Notes: a model not told the origin generated them from the sequence alone. DNA of 62,988 bases, filler included, from Octopus bimaculoides (GCF_001194135.2; 6 parts of 6 records of this genome joined end to end with filler, not necessarily neighbours in it); one strand, 5' to 3'. Counted from the first letter of the whole stretch, positions 48,558-62,684 are shown. Numbers and translations: made by a program.

Positions 48558-50811
48558 TGACCCCAGTTCTTATTTTGTGAGCTTGACACTTATTCTATCA
48601 GTCTCTTTTCTCAACCTGCTACATTACAGGAATGTTAACAAACTCACACTGGCTGTCAAGTAGTGGTAGTCCGAAACAAACACAGACACAAACACAGGCA
48701 GGTGTATTTATATACACAATGGGCTTTTACTCAGTTACCATCTAGCAAATTCATACACAAAGCATTGATTGGCCCACGGCTATAGTAGAAGACGCTTGCC
48801 CAAGGTGCCACACAGTGGGACTGGAACCTGAAACTAAGTGGTTACAAAGTGAGTGTCTTAACCACACCACAGCTATGTCTAAGCCTATAGATGTTAATAA
48901 ATTTAATTCTCTTCTAATGAAAAGTTCAGCTGTATGATCAAGGACTGGTCCCTCTTGTCACACATTTATTTAAATATCTAAGATATCCTAATCCATTTCA
49001 CATCTGTACACGAAAAAATTCTCACTGAAATTTCTGGCATTCTTGACAATGTTTCTGTGTAAAATTTTTCAGGACATTTTTAACAAATGGTTGACATTCT
49101 ATAGATTATAATGTACACAATATTTTATCTCTTATAAACATAGTTTCATTATGGGTCACTAAATTGTTTACTGTCTTGGAAAGAGGTGATCTAATTTACA
49201 AAATTTAGCATTAAAATTAGCCATAAAATTGTTTATATGTAAAAGTTTACTTTATTGATAAATCTCGAAAGCTGATGTGTTGGCTGGCATTTGTGCTAAA
49301 GTAATAAGCTAATTGACACTAAATTCTAAGGTGGTTAGTTTTAACTATTTTAAAGAATACTCAACTTGTTGCTAAGAAATTGTTCTTAAAAAAAAAAAAT
49401 GCTAAAAAATAAATTAAGTACATTTATCCTCAGGTCCTTTACAAATTATTAACATAATTAGGAGTGGCTGTGTGGTAAGTAGCTTGCTTACCAGCCACAT
49501 GGTTTCGGGTTCAGTCCCACTGCATGGCACCTTGAGCAAGTGTCTTCTACTATAGCCTCGGGCTGACCAAAGCCTTGTTTGTGAGTGGATTTGGTCGACG
49601 GAAACTGAAAGAAGCCCATCGTATATATGTATATATATATGTATATGTATGTGTGTGTATATGTTTGTGTGTCTGTGTTTGTCCCACCCAACATCGCTTG
49701 ACAACCGATGTTGGTGTGTTTACGTCCCCATAACTTAGCGGTTCGGCATAAGAGACCGATAGAATAAGTACTAGGCTTCCAAAGAATAAGTCCTGGGGTC
49801 GATTTGCTCGACTATAGGTGGTGCTCCAGCATGGCCACAGTCAAATGACTGAAACAAGTAAAAAAGTAAAAGAGTATTTTTTGTGCAATAAATAAAAGTT
49901 TCATTTGAAATATCTAGAGAAACTAGTATCTTAGTATTTCCTTTAATTATATTTATTTCAGTTAGTAATTTATAACACCACTTTCCTATTTTCCACACTT
50001 AAATGTCACACAGTTGCATTCATTGCTTCACATTTCACTAAAAAACAGTTTTGGGCTAATTTTTGTTCATATCATTCTCCTTTTTTGTCACATAACCTCA
50101 AAATATGGTCTCCAGTAACTTTAGATGTCTTAACTATGATCTTTTTAAATTAAGTTTGAATGCAACTTTTACTTATTATATGAATTTGTTCAAATGTACT
50201 ATTATTCTGCCACTCCTTTTGGGCTGATGTTTCAAAATTGGAAGTCTTCACCTTAAAATTACAATATCCTGGTTATCATCATGATCATGATCACCATCAT
50301 CATCATCATCATCATTTTGAGTTCATTTTTCATGCTGGCATGGATTGGACGGTTTCACAGGAGCTGGCCAGCTGGAGTGCTGCTCAGACTCCAATTGTCT
50401 GCTTTGGCATGCTTTCTATATCTGGATGCCCTTTCTAATGCCAACCACTTTACAGAGTGTATAGGATGCTTTTTATTTGGTATTTGCATGGGTGCTTTTT
50501 ACATGCTCGGACAGTGCTGTTAGTGCTCCACTGGCACAGGTGCCAGTCATCGAATATGGTTCAATTACGATTTTGATTTCACTTGCCCCAACAGGTCTTT
50601 CGCAAGCAGAATTTAGTGTCCAATGAAGGAGAGGTTAGCATGGGTGTCAGTTGTCAAAGTTGGTTCGATTTCGATTTCAAATTCACTTACCTCAACAGGT
50701 CTTCGCAAGCAGAGTTTAGCGTCCAATGAAGTAAAAATATGAATAAGTGAGCTGGCTACACTTCTGGCAGAGGCCACAGATTATGCTCTCACTTGGCTTG
50801 CCGGGTTTTCT

Positions 50812-50852
<41 letters not shown>

Positions 50853-50855
<3 letters not shown>

Positions 50856-51935
50856 TAAACCACAAACCCCTTCAGGTAGATGGCCCTGCTCGATCTGTAG
50901 AAAAGGTGCAGGTAGAAACTCCATATGATGTACCCAGCGTAAGCTATGGATGCATAAGAGGTGCAGCAATATCAAAAGAAGGCTAACTAGTAAGATAGCT
51001 TTTGTATGTGGCAGATGCTCAGGAGCAATAAACACTGGAAATGTGCAGAGAACAACTTCGATTGCACTGGTATGGTCATTTGGCGAGAATGGATGAGGAT
51101 AGCTGTGTGAAAAAGTGCCACAGCCTTGCGGCTGAGGGTACCTGTGCAAGAGGTAGACCCAGGAAGACCTGGGATGGGGTGGTGAAGGACGGACTTCGGA
51201 CATTAGGCCTCACTGAGGCAATGACTTGTGACCGAGACCTTTGGAAATATGCTGTGCGTGAGAAGACCCAGCAAGACAAGTGAGACCATAACCCATGGCC
51301 TTTACCAGGGGTGTAGCCAGCCCACTTATGCGTATCTTTCCTTCTTTGGACACAAAACCCTGCTTGTGAAGACCTGTTGAGGCAAGTGAAATCGAAATTG
51401 AACCAAATTCGATGTCTGGCACCCATGCCAACCTTCCTTCATTGAACACTCAACTCAGCTTGCGAAGACCTGTTGGGGCATGTGAGATCGAAACTGAGCC
51501 AAATTCAATGACTGGTACCCATGCCAGTGGAGCGATAACGTCACCATCTGAGCAGGATCACTGCCAGAGCAGCGGTCTCACTTCCATGCTGGTGACACAT
51601 AAAAAGCATGATCATTTCCAGCTTCGCCTTACTGGCGCTTGTGCCTGTGGCATCTGAACAAAACATTGGACTGACTCCTGTGCACGAAGCACGTAAAAAA
51701 CACCATTTGAGTGTGGCCGTTGCCAGTACCGCCGGACTGGCCCTCATGCTGGTGGCACGTAAAAAGCACCCACTACACTCTTGGAGTGGTTGGCATTATG
51801 AAGGGCATCCAGCTGTAGAAACTCTGCCGGATCAGATTGGAGCCTGGTGTAGCCATCTGGTTCACCAGTCCCCAGTCAAACCGTCCAACCCATGCAAGCA
51901 TGGAAAGCGGATGTTAAATGATGATGATGATGATA
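50853..51935 (+). mobile_element. 5'-truncated, internally deleted RTE LINE with 3' UTR
   Basis: GRWPCSICRKGAGRNSI*CTQ..WMHKRCSNI..FVCGRC (a PHD-like Cys cluster) fused to RLHWYGHLARMDEDSCVKKC..GRPRKTW..DRDLWKYAVREKTQQDK*, followed by the tandem-array UTR and a (GAT)n tail. Confidence 0.9.
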
Positions 51936-52382
51936 TATTTATGCGCATAACAGGCTTCTTTCAGTTTCCATCTACTAAATCTATGCACAAGGCTTTGGTT
52001 AGTCTGCCGCTATAGTAGAAGACATATGTCCAAGGTGCCATACAGTGGGAATGAACCTGGAATCATATCACTGGGAAGCAAACTTTTACCACACATCCCC
52101 TCCCAAACTTTCAACCCTTAATAGATTAATTCCCACTTTGCTCATTTGAGCTTTATTCTATTTTTGTATTGAGATATAAAAAGGTATTTCACCTTTGGGT
52201 GTCAAACTTCAGATAAACTTAGCAACCTAATAATACTAAGTCCTTTTATAATTTAAGTAAATTTCATTCTATATAAATAGAGGTTGTTAACATATGCTGC
52301 TTAATAGCTACATAATTCTACATAGTAACAAAAACTCATTGTATTCCCCTCCATTTCTCTTTTTTCCCTTTCTCTCGCTCTT

Positions 52383-52422
<40 letters not shown>

Positions 52423-55400
52423 TGTCTCTCTCTCTGTCATCATAATCTTAAGCACATGTTCACATAGAGACAGATCACATAAGAAGTGCTGATCACTGAA
52501 AGTGGATGGTACCCATGGAAGAGGGAGACACACAAAGACGTGAGATGAAGTGGTTGGGACTCATGGAGAAAATGACAATGGGCTGAGATGTCTAGCAATA
52601 TGAAGTTCTAGAGAAGACCCGCCCACATCAGCAAAACTGAATTCTAGAAGCACTGTGTGTCCCGCCCACACTTAACAAGAAGACTTCTCACACACTCTAC
52701 CACAACAAACCAAACTACATCTCTTCTCTTCCTCACATTTCAGCTTCATGCACTATATTTACCTCCCACTCCCCAAACCTGTCCTCTTGGCCCTGTACCA
52801 CTGAATCATTGCTCTCAGCTAGCCCCCAACCTGTGTGTTTCACCTACACATAACAAGAAATGATGATGATAATAATATATAGGCACAGTGTGGCTGTGTG
52901 GTAAGAAGCTTGCTTCCCAACCACATGGTTCCAGGTTTAGTTTCACTGTATGGCACCTTGCGCAAGTGTCTTCTACTATACCCTCGGACCGACCAAAGCC
53001 TTGCAAGTGGATTTGGTAGACAGAAACTGAAAGAAGCTCATTGTATATATNNNNNNNNNNNNNNNNNNNNNNNNNNNNNNNNNNNNNNNNNNNNNNNNNN
53101 NNNNNNNNNNNNNNNNNNNNNNNNNNNNNNNNNNNNNNNNNNNNNNNNNNNNNNNNNNNNNNNNNNNNNNNNNNNNNNNNNNNNNNNNNNNNNNNNNNNN
53201 NNNNNNNNNNNNNNNNNNNNNNNNNNNNNNNNNNNNNNNNNNNNNNNNNNNNNNNNNNATGTAGGTATAAGTTAGAGGTGTTTAAAACCTGTCTTTATTC
53301 TCGTTACCAATGTATCCCTATGTCTTTCGCTCTTCTCACCTCTACATATGTCTACACATTCTGATGATGTCTACCACCACAACTGGTAAACAGAAACGAT
53401 CGTAAATGTACTATTACTACCACTTTTCTTTATTAATTAATTAAATTAATGGCTTACTAGTGCAAACAACTAACTTCTTTCTGTTATTTTCCCTCCATTT
53501 TCTTCTTGCATGTATATATATGTATGAATGTATATATTTGTGTGTGCCTGTGCATGTTCCCCCACCATCGCTTGACAACCGATGTTGGTGTGCTTACATC
53601 TCTGTAACTTAGCTGTTTGGCAAAAAAGACTGATATGATAAGTACTAGGCTTACGAAGAAGAAGTCCTGGGGTCAATCTGTTCAACTAAAGGCAGTGCTC
53701 CAGCATGGCCACAGTCAAATGACTGAAACAAGTAGATGAATAAATGAAAACCCACCCAGGACTATCTATAAAGTGGTTGGTGAAGGAATTGAGATATGGC
53801 GTCATACAAACCCCTTAGTCTTGACAAGGAAATAACTTCCCTAGCACTGGTGTCATGATGAAATTCACTCAGTACATTCTGTTAAATGGTTGGTGATAGG
53901 AAGGGCATCCAGATATAGAAAACCAGGTTGAAAATGAATCTTATGAGTGAGACCGTGGTTCTCTGAGATGTGTTGGAGGCTACTGGCACCAAGTCCAAGC
54001 CATACCAGCATGTAAATTGAAAGTAAAATGATGATGCAAAATGATGATGCACGTTAATTTCACGAGCAGGCTGTTCCGTTGATTGGATCAACCGGAACCC
54101 TTATCATTGTAACCAGTAAAGCACCAGTTTTCAATTAACCATTCATATTCCTGTGCAGGTGGCACATAAAATACACCATTTTGAGTGCGGCCGTTGCCAG
54201 TACCGCCTGACTGGCCTTTGTGCCGGTGGCATGTAAAAGCACCCACTACACTCTTGGAGTGGTTGGCGTTAGGAAGGGCATCCAGCTGTAGAAACTCTGC
54301 CAAATCAGATTGGAGCCTGGTGAAGCCATCTGGTTTCACCAGTCCTCAGTCAAATCGTCCAACCTATGCTAGCATGGAAAGCGGACGTTAAACGACGACG
54401 ATGATGATGATGATGACTGTGATATCGATTCCTGTAATTAAAAAAGAAAACATTGTCTATCAACCCTACCATGATGATGACGATGATAACAATGATGATG
54501 ATGATCATCATGATGACAATGACTATGAAGATGAATTGGAGGATAGAGTTGCTTAATAAGAATAGGTATCACAGTATCAAAACATACTTTGATCTTAGAA
54601 AAATTCCACTTCCCACATCTTTTTCTCCCCATCCTTTCTCATCACCCTTTCTCCCACACACCCCTTCTCTCTCTAATTTGTAAGTGTTTTAGACACAAGA
54701 GACATTTAATCTACGACCACCTGATTGTGGGTGTTTAACAAGTTTCAGATTTCATTAATGTTAACCCACTAACTCAACTCTTAAATTACATTTGTTCTAC
54801 TAGTGTAATCCTTCTTGCGCATCAAGTAACTTTACAGATTCATAACATTACAGGTCAAAATATAAGCTGATGGAACAATTTTATGACATTTGTTTATGAC
54901 AAATTAGTGGCATTTGTTTCAATTAATGTTTTTTTTTTTTGATATTATATAAAATCTGTGATTTTTACAATAAATACTTCAGCATACTTACATCTTAAAA
55001 ACTTACCCTTCTCTTCTAAGCCAGAAAATACCTTTATTCCTTGATCTTTTGCAAAACTTAGGTGGTACCCACAATGGAACAACACTGCTGCTGAATGCCC
55101 AAACATTCTAGACTACATCTAAAGAAAGATTAAAAGACTGACTAGCATAAAATCAGTCACAAACACACTCCACTCACAAGCCTACTGATCTTCTCTCTTC
55201 TTCCATTGTTTCCTATTGCAATACCTTCTATTCCTACAATATCCTTTATTTCAACAATGTCTTTTATTTCTACAATGTCCTCTATTCCTACTATGTCCAC
55301 TATTACTACAGTGTCTGGTATTCCTTGGATTTGGCTGGTTTCATGCCATCTACTTCCATAGTACTCTTGAATAACTTATCTCTCCTCCCCTATCATAAAT

Positions 55401-57642
55401 GTTGTGCACCATTTCCGCAACTTTCAACAGTGTCTGTTCTAATCATTGTGTCTTGCCTTTCCTGCATGAACATCAGCCTTCTGGGTTTCTCTCCCCACAC
55501 AAGTCATTCCTGACATCATTGTCATACACTAGTTTAAACAACATGATAATGGCACCAAAATCCACTGATCTTGGACAGTGTCCAAAGGCTATGAGCACTG
55601 CCCTTTCTTTGAGGCCTAACTTAATCATGATCAGTTTTTGATTTGTAACATAGGCATAGAGTCACACATTTGAATTACCTTTTACCCTGTTTCAGTCATT
55701 GGACCATGGCTATGCTGGAGCATCACCTTGAAGAGTTTAGTCAAACAAATTGACACCAGTACTCATTTTTAAAGTCAGGTAGTTATTCCATCAGTTTCTG
55801 TTGCCACATTGCTAAGTTACCAATATGTAAACAAACCAACACTGGTTATCAAGCTGTGAAGAAGAGACCAGCACAAACACACACACACACATATATATAC
55901 ATATATGATGGACTTCCACACAGTTTCCATCTAACAATTTTATTCACAAGGCAGTAGTCAACCAGGGGCTATAGTAGCAGACACTTGCCTAAGGTGCCCC
56001 ACTGTAAGATGAATCCTCAAAACCACATGGTTACAAAACAAATTATTTACCTACACAGCCACACCTGGATTTTTAATAAAGTATAAACTTATTACACAAT
56101 AATAAGTTGTATAATAATTTTATAATACAACTCGAGAGATATATGAAACAGGTTTAATAAATTTGGGTGTTATCTTGTAATTCTGAGTACGTGTCTTCTG
56201 ACACAATTATCCATTATCGACAACTAAAGCATATTTTTGATATTTAATTAGACAGCCTGCTTCAGCTATGAATTCAGCCCTTACAAATGTCAAATTTTGA
56301 CAGTAGTTATTAAAGCCAAAAAAAAAAAATGATTATAATAATAATTAGTGAACACTATTTTGAAGGACATTACCTGAAACAGGAAGCAAAAATATTTAAT
56401 TGTCATTTGTTACTCTAAATGAAAATGAAAAGCTCACTACATTTCAGCATCAAATGAGAAATACAAACCAGAAAGGTTTTCTACAAACTAATCTCTGAGG
56501 ATTCACAGAAAACCTAAATTATATTGATAAACAATGTATGTTTGCAATGTAGTTATCTAGTTCAGACATACATGCTGAGATGTGAGGAGAAAATATGAAA
56601 CTGATCAAAAGAAACTCTGCAGGATTATGACTCTTTGACCTGCAATACAAATATTATTAACTTTAGAACTACAGAAGAAACTGGAAAATAAATAAAATTT
56701 GTTTCACATGTATGTATTCAAGTCATTTTCAACAATAAATGTCAGATAAGGAACTGTTGATTTGAGATTTGAAACTGTAAAGGCTCAAAGGAATTCTAAT
56801 GTTCCAGCAACAAACCACTGCCTCAAGGGATTTGCTTCCAGCATTCCTTGTCAACAAAACAAGCATTACAACATTTCACATTTGACACAAAAGAATATCA
56901 TAATGCATTTCCCCATATTTGCGTGTCCCATACATTTTAGTTTACAACAGTATCTGTATCTTTATTGTTTGATAAAACTTCATCCCAAAACAACATCAAT
57001 AATATACTATACTGGCAGAGTAAAACCAAGCTTCAGCCACAAATCAGAGGCTCAACCTTAGAAAAGATAAAATGTCTCCATTGTGCCAAATCTATAATGG
57101 ATTTCACAAAACCATCTCCTTCATTGGACACTAAACTCTGCTTGCGAAGACCTGTTGGGGCAAGTGAAAGCGAAATCATGATGGCACCTGTACCAGTGGA
57201 GCGCTAAGAGCACTGAACAAGCGTGATCGTTGCCAGAGCAGCTGTCTGGCTTCTGTGCCAGTGGCACGTAAATAGCACCATTAGAGCGTGATCGTTACCA
57301 GCATCACCTTACTGGCACTTGTGCCAGTGGCACGTGAAAAGACATTCAAGCGAGGTCATTGCCAGTGCCGCTGGATTGGCTCCTGTGCAGGTGATACGTA
57401 AAATACACCATTTTGAGCGTGGCCGTTGCCAGTACCACTTGACTGGCCTTCGTGCCGGTGGCACATAAAAGCACCCACTACACTCTCGGAGTGGTTGGCA
57501 TTAGGAAGGGCGTCCAGCTGTAGAAACTCTGCCAAATCAGATTGGAGCCTGGCGTAACCATCTGGTTTGCCAGTCCTCAGTCAAATCCTCCAACCCATGC
57601 TAGCATGGAAAGCAGACATTAAACGATGATGATGATGATGAT

Positions 57643-58013
57643 TGCCCATATTGGGAATGAATGCCCTTGACTTGGCCAAAACGAATATAAGTTGTGACAA
57701 TATGATGAAGTAGTGAAAGTACTGCATTGGAAACTGTGAAAGGTGGGAGTACGAGAGAGGTAGGATGTAGTATGAGCACAAATTACAAAGAATGGCTGAG
57801 TAGGAGACTGGCAAAATCCTGTGGGATGTCCCAATCCAAACAGACCAGATGCTTGAGCGCAACAAGCTGGATCTAGAAGTGGTGGACAAGGTGAACCACA
57901 AGTGGTCAAGATCATTAAAGTTGCATGCTCCTTTGACCCATGAATAACTAAGAAAGAAGGTGAAAAATAGACTTACAATCTTCTTAAACATGAGATTGCT
58001 TGACTGGAAAATG
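57643..58013 (+). mobile_element. R4/Dong-like non-LTR retrotransposon, restriction-like endonuclease (RLE) remnant
   Basis: ECP*LGQNEYK..YDEVVKVLHWK..YEHK..KILWDVPIQTDQMLERNKLDL.VVDK..IIKVACSFDP..KKEGEK..Y.LLKHEIA follows the RHD..LHW..WD..QTD..RPD..D RLE pattern. Confidence 0.8.
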
Positions 58014-58036
58014 TAATATATACCTACATACATACA

Positions 58037-58080
<44 letters not shown>

Positions 58081-58180
58081 NNNNNNNNNNNNNNNNNNNN
58101 NNNNNNNNNNNNNNNNNNNNNNNNTTAATTAATTAANNNNNNNNNNNNNNNNNNNNNNNNNNNNNNNNNNNNNNNNNNNN

Positions 58181-59102
58181 CATTTTGTCAATTTCTATTT
58201 CAAAGTCTTTATATTTGCTCAGCTTTTGGTAGGTCTTCACAGATACATTTATGTCAACTAGGACAGCAATATTAACGAGGAAGCATCATTCTTGTCTGGA
58301 ACTCTCCAATATAATGTCTGGCATATTTGCATCTACCTTTTTGTCAGTTTGAATGGTGAAGTTCCCAAGGAGTGAGATGTGAGCATTTTCAGGCATTGTA
58401 GGTAGTTTGTGTTCCACCAGTTTTTATCATGGGGAAGGTCCAGGTTTTTGCAAATTACTCAGTGAATATATGGTGCCACTCTATCATGCCTGTTGAGATA
58501 CTTTGTTGGCACGAGAATGCTGCACATGGAGACAACATAATTGATGGTTTCAACCTGTTGTTTACATACATGACATGTTGGACTACTGTTGTTCATTAAG
58601 ATGTTAGCCTGGTAGCTGGTAGCTTCTTTAAGATGTTGGCCTGGTAGGCATTGATCTTAGGCTGCTAAGATAAACCCTTCTGTTTCTGATTTTAAACCAG
58701 AAAACACTAGCCATTGATGGGTAAGGGCTTTGTCAACATCAACATTATTAACTCTCTTTGGGTATTCACCACTGAGAGTTTTTTCAGAAAGAATATCTAT
58801 GGCAGCAGTTTTAGCAAGGGTTTTCATACGGATAGCTTTTTCTGTGCTTGTTTCCAGTACGTCTGATCCTGGAATTTATTGAATTTGGAATTCACTGAGA
58901 TATTTCCTTGCCTAAGTATGTGGTTTTCTTGTCTTTATGCTTTAAGACAAGTTTTAGCATCCAGTCATCAGAGTTTTTTCAGGTAAGTGTTTAGACCAAT
59001 TGTGGCAATCTTCATTGTCAATTCAAGTTGTAAGAATGTACGGCCACCCTCATTTCTTGACAAGTAAAGTCGTTCTACATCTGCCACAGTGTGGTGCATT
59101 TC
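58181..59102 (-). mobile_element. R4/Dong-like non-LTR retrotransposon fragment (RT end, zinc knuckle, RLE)
   Basis: HHTVADVERLYLSRNEGGR..LKSETEGFILAA*DQC..CHVCKQQVETINYVVSMC..KYLNRHDRVAPYIH..QTDKKVDANMPDI..KYKDFEIEI. Confidence 0.88.
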
Positions 59103-59129
59103 ATCCATTCATTATCATCATTATTATTG

Positions 59130-59183
<54 letters not shown>

Positions 59184-59863
59184 CCATCACCATCATCATC
59201 ATTATTAAGGTGGCAAGCTAACAGAATAGTTGGTGAATTGGGTGAAATGCTTAGTGGTATTTCGTCCGTCTTCATGTTGAGTTCGAATTCTGCTGAGGTT
59301 GACTTTGCCTTTCATCCTTTCAGGGTTGACAAAGTGAGTACCAGTTGAGTACTGGAGTCAATGTAATTGACTATCTCTCTCCCCCAAATTTCAGGCCTTG
59401 TGCTTATAGTAGAAAGGATTATTATTATTATTATTAAAATTAAAAGAAGAGTGCCATTTGTTATCTTGTGAACAATATTTCGACATCTTGCGTGTCTTCC
59501 ACTGGTNNNNNNNNNNNNNNNNNNNNNNNNNNNNNNNNNNNNNNNNNNNNNNNNNNNNNNNNNNNNNNNNNNNNNNNNNNNNNNNNNNNNNNNNNNNNNN
59601 NNNNNNNNNNNNNNNNNNNNNNNNNNNNNNNNNNNNNNNNNNNNNNNNNNNNNNNNNNNNNNNNNNNNNNNNNNNNNNNNNNNNNNNNNNNNNNNNNNNN
59701 NNNNNNNNNNNNNNNNNNNNNNNNNNNNNNNNNNNNNNNNNNNNNNNNNNNNNNNNNNNNNNNNNNNNNNNNNNNNNNNNNNNNNNNNNNNNNNNNNNNN
59801 NNNNNNNNNNNNNNNNTAATTTTGACTCTATATCTTCAGGAGGAGTTACCTCAATCCTTTCTA

Positions 59864-59914
<51 letters not shown>

Positions 59915-60453
59915 CATCATCATTATTATTGTTGAGTGAGAGAACAGCACATGCCATCAAAGTGACACTGGGAGTACAAATATACGAAACCCAATATACC
60001 CATCATGACTAATTATCTAATAAGGGTACACCAGGCACATGCATCACAACCATATGTGCGCGACATGGTGATCTCATATCAAGATAAACTGTGCAAGGAC
60101 CTTGCAGGTAAGGCCCACTTAGAATTTTCTTCAGGCTGAGTAGTCCATCCCACTCAAAATGTCCTTGAATAAAGTTTGTTTAAGGATGATGAATGAAAAG
60201 CCCATGTTTCCTGAGGTGAATTATTCAAACTCCAAAGTATCCCTCACAATACATGGCTATGATGCTTACCCACTACTTCTGCTGGTGATCAGAGATGCAC
60301 AAATTGTCAGCCACTAAGAGACACTCAACTGGTTAAGGTCAAGCAACTGACAAGAGAATCTGTGGTATTGAACAGAATATTTGCTGCAGCCCGTCTTTTA
60401 CACCAAAGCAAAACATGTACATGTTAACACTTCCAATCTGTTAAGATCAGGGC

Positions 60454-60516
<63 letters not shown>

Positions 60517-61359
60517 CATTATTATTCAGTAGTTTTATTTTTATAATGTGCTTTCACTTCACTACCGAGTGCAGCTCTGTGTGCCTTGGGTATGTGCTGT
60601 GGGTTCCTCTTATGGTTACTGTATTGAAAGTGTNNNNNNNNNNNNNNNNNNNNNNNNNNNNNNNNNNNNNNNNNNNNTTAATTAATTAANNNNNNNNNNN
60701 NNNNNNNNNNNNNNNNNNNNNNNNNNNNNNNNNATATATATATATTGATAATACTAAAACTCTAGGGATGTCTGTGTGTAACTGAAATATCTCAGAAATA
60801 GTATATTTTATCTTAATTCTTTTACATATTTATCTTCATACTTAGATTCGGTAGTGCAGTACAAATTTTTGTAACATTTCAACCTTTATTTAAACGATTA
60901 AACACATTCTTTGTTATTTCTTGATGAAAAAAATGTATGGCTTCCATGACATCAACACATATACACACATACAGAATACACACACACATATAATGAATGT
61001 CATTGCGTCTCAATTAACACAAACAAACGTTCGCTATCTGTGACATATACACACACATTGTGTTCGCACTCTCTAAGAAAGAAAAACCGTTGACTTTTTG
61101 ACGTACACAATATTTTAACCATTTAGAAATATTTTTAATTGAATGTAATTTTATCATCCAGAGCTTGTTAATTTCTGTAAAAAAATGTTATTCATTTAAT
61201 TTTGTTTTAAATTGAAAGAGAGGAGAAAGTGATAGATGTATGTACGTGAATATGAAATGGGCGTGTGTGAAAGGGAGAGAGAGAGAGTGTGTGTGTGTGT
61301 GAGAGAGAGAGAGATAATGTGACTAAGTGTACGTGTCTGTCCTCATGTATCTGTAAATG

Positions 61360-61392
<33 letters not shown>

Positions 61393-61397
61393 CATTT

Positions 61398-61428
<31 letters not shown>

Positions 61429-61510
61429 GTATGTATGCATATNNNNNNNNNNNNNNNNNNNNNNNNNNNNNNNNNNNNNNNNNNNNNNNNNNNNNNNNNN
61501 NNNNNNNNNN

Positions 61511-61546
<36 letters not shown>

Positions 61547-61599
61547 AGAGTATATGCATATATATGTCCGTGTATGTACATACCTTCATCTACATGTAT

Positions 61600-61909
61600 A
61601 TATAGATTCATATCTGGGTATATAACGTTGCAAAAAAACATGGACAAAAGGATAAACAAGGTGCAGAAAACACACAGGCTACATAGAGAACATTTCTTTC
61701 GTCAGCTGTCTCCATTATAACACTGGCTTTTCAAAGAGTTAGGGCAGGACGCATCGTTACAATGGCTCTTCCCACGGACACAAATTAAATTTGTTCCATG
61801 GGGGATAGTGGCGGACGGAAAACAGGACAGGAAAACTAAACAGTGAAATAAACAAACAAAAAAGGCTATACGGCCAGACGTGAAAAAGTATATATATATA
61901 TACGAAATA

Positions 61910-61948
<39 letters not shown>

Positions 61949-62460
61949 GAGATAATATATAATATATAGATATATATTTACATGCAAATATGAGTACAGG
62001 ACATCACCAACGGTGCAAATATCTTGAAATACTTAGACAAATGCGGGAAATACGTAAACAAGGAGAAAATAATTGAAAACAGGATAAGTTAACACAGAGA
62101 AAGGACCCTTCATCAGTTGTCAGCTGTCTATCTACTCCTCATTTCGAATATTCAACGACACTATGAATCTTCAAAGACAGCTGCTCCCATAAATTCTAAA
62201 ATAAAATTTATGATTTATTGAAGTTCAAAGTTGGGAACAATAAAAGGACAGTAGAGACAAACAAGGAAACCGAAAGAAAACAAAGATGGAGGGTCGTTGG
62301 CCCAGAACGAGAGGAAAATAGTGAACGCTGTGAGAAACACTTTTGGAAAGAGAAACGATAGATGAGAGAGAAAATAACACGTCCGTTAGTTTAAACGACT
62401 GTGCAGGAAAAGAAAGATGGTCACGTGAGGAAAAGAGAGATGAATGATAATCACGTGTAA
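61600..62460 (-). repeat. Degenerate repeats, possibly PLE terminal-repeat relics
   Basis: Two purine-skewed segments with cagCTGACGAAAG (~61695-61705) and CTGATGAAGG (62107-62116) on the minus strand. No complete ribozyme fold could be built. Confidence 0.25.
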
Positions 62461-62476
62461 GCATCAAGAGAGAGAG

Positions 62477-62557
<81 letters not shown>

Positions 62558-62684
62558 TAGAGAAAACGGGGAAGTGGAGGAAAAGGGTATTAGAGAAGGA
62601 TGGAGGAAGAAAACAGTATAGAGTAGAGAGTCGCATCAGAAAGGTGAAGATAAACTTACTTGGAAATGGATGCGTCTCGTTCAA

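Noticed and set aside
57643-59102. Two RLE domains converging tail-to-tail as one bipartite element
   Set aside because: They are different decayed copies separated by an artificial scaffold spacer at 58081-58180.
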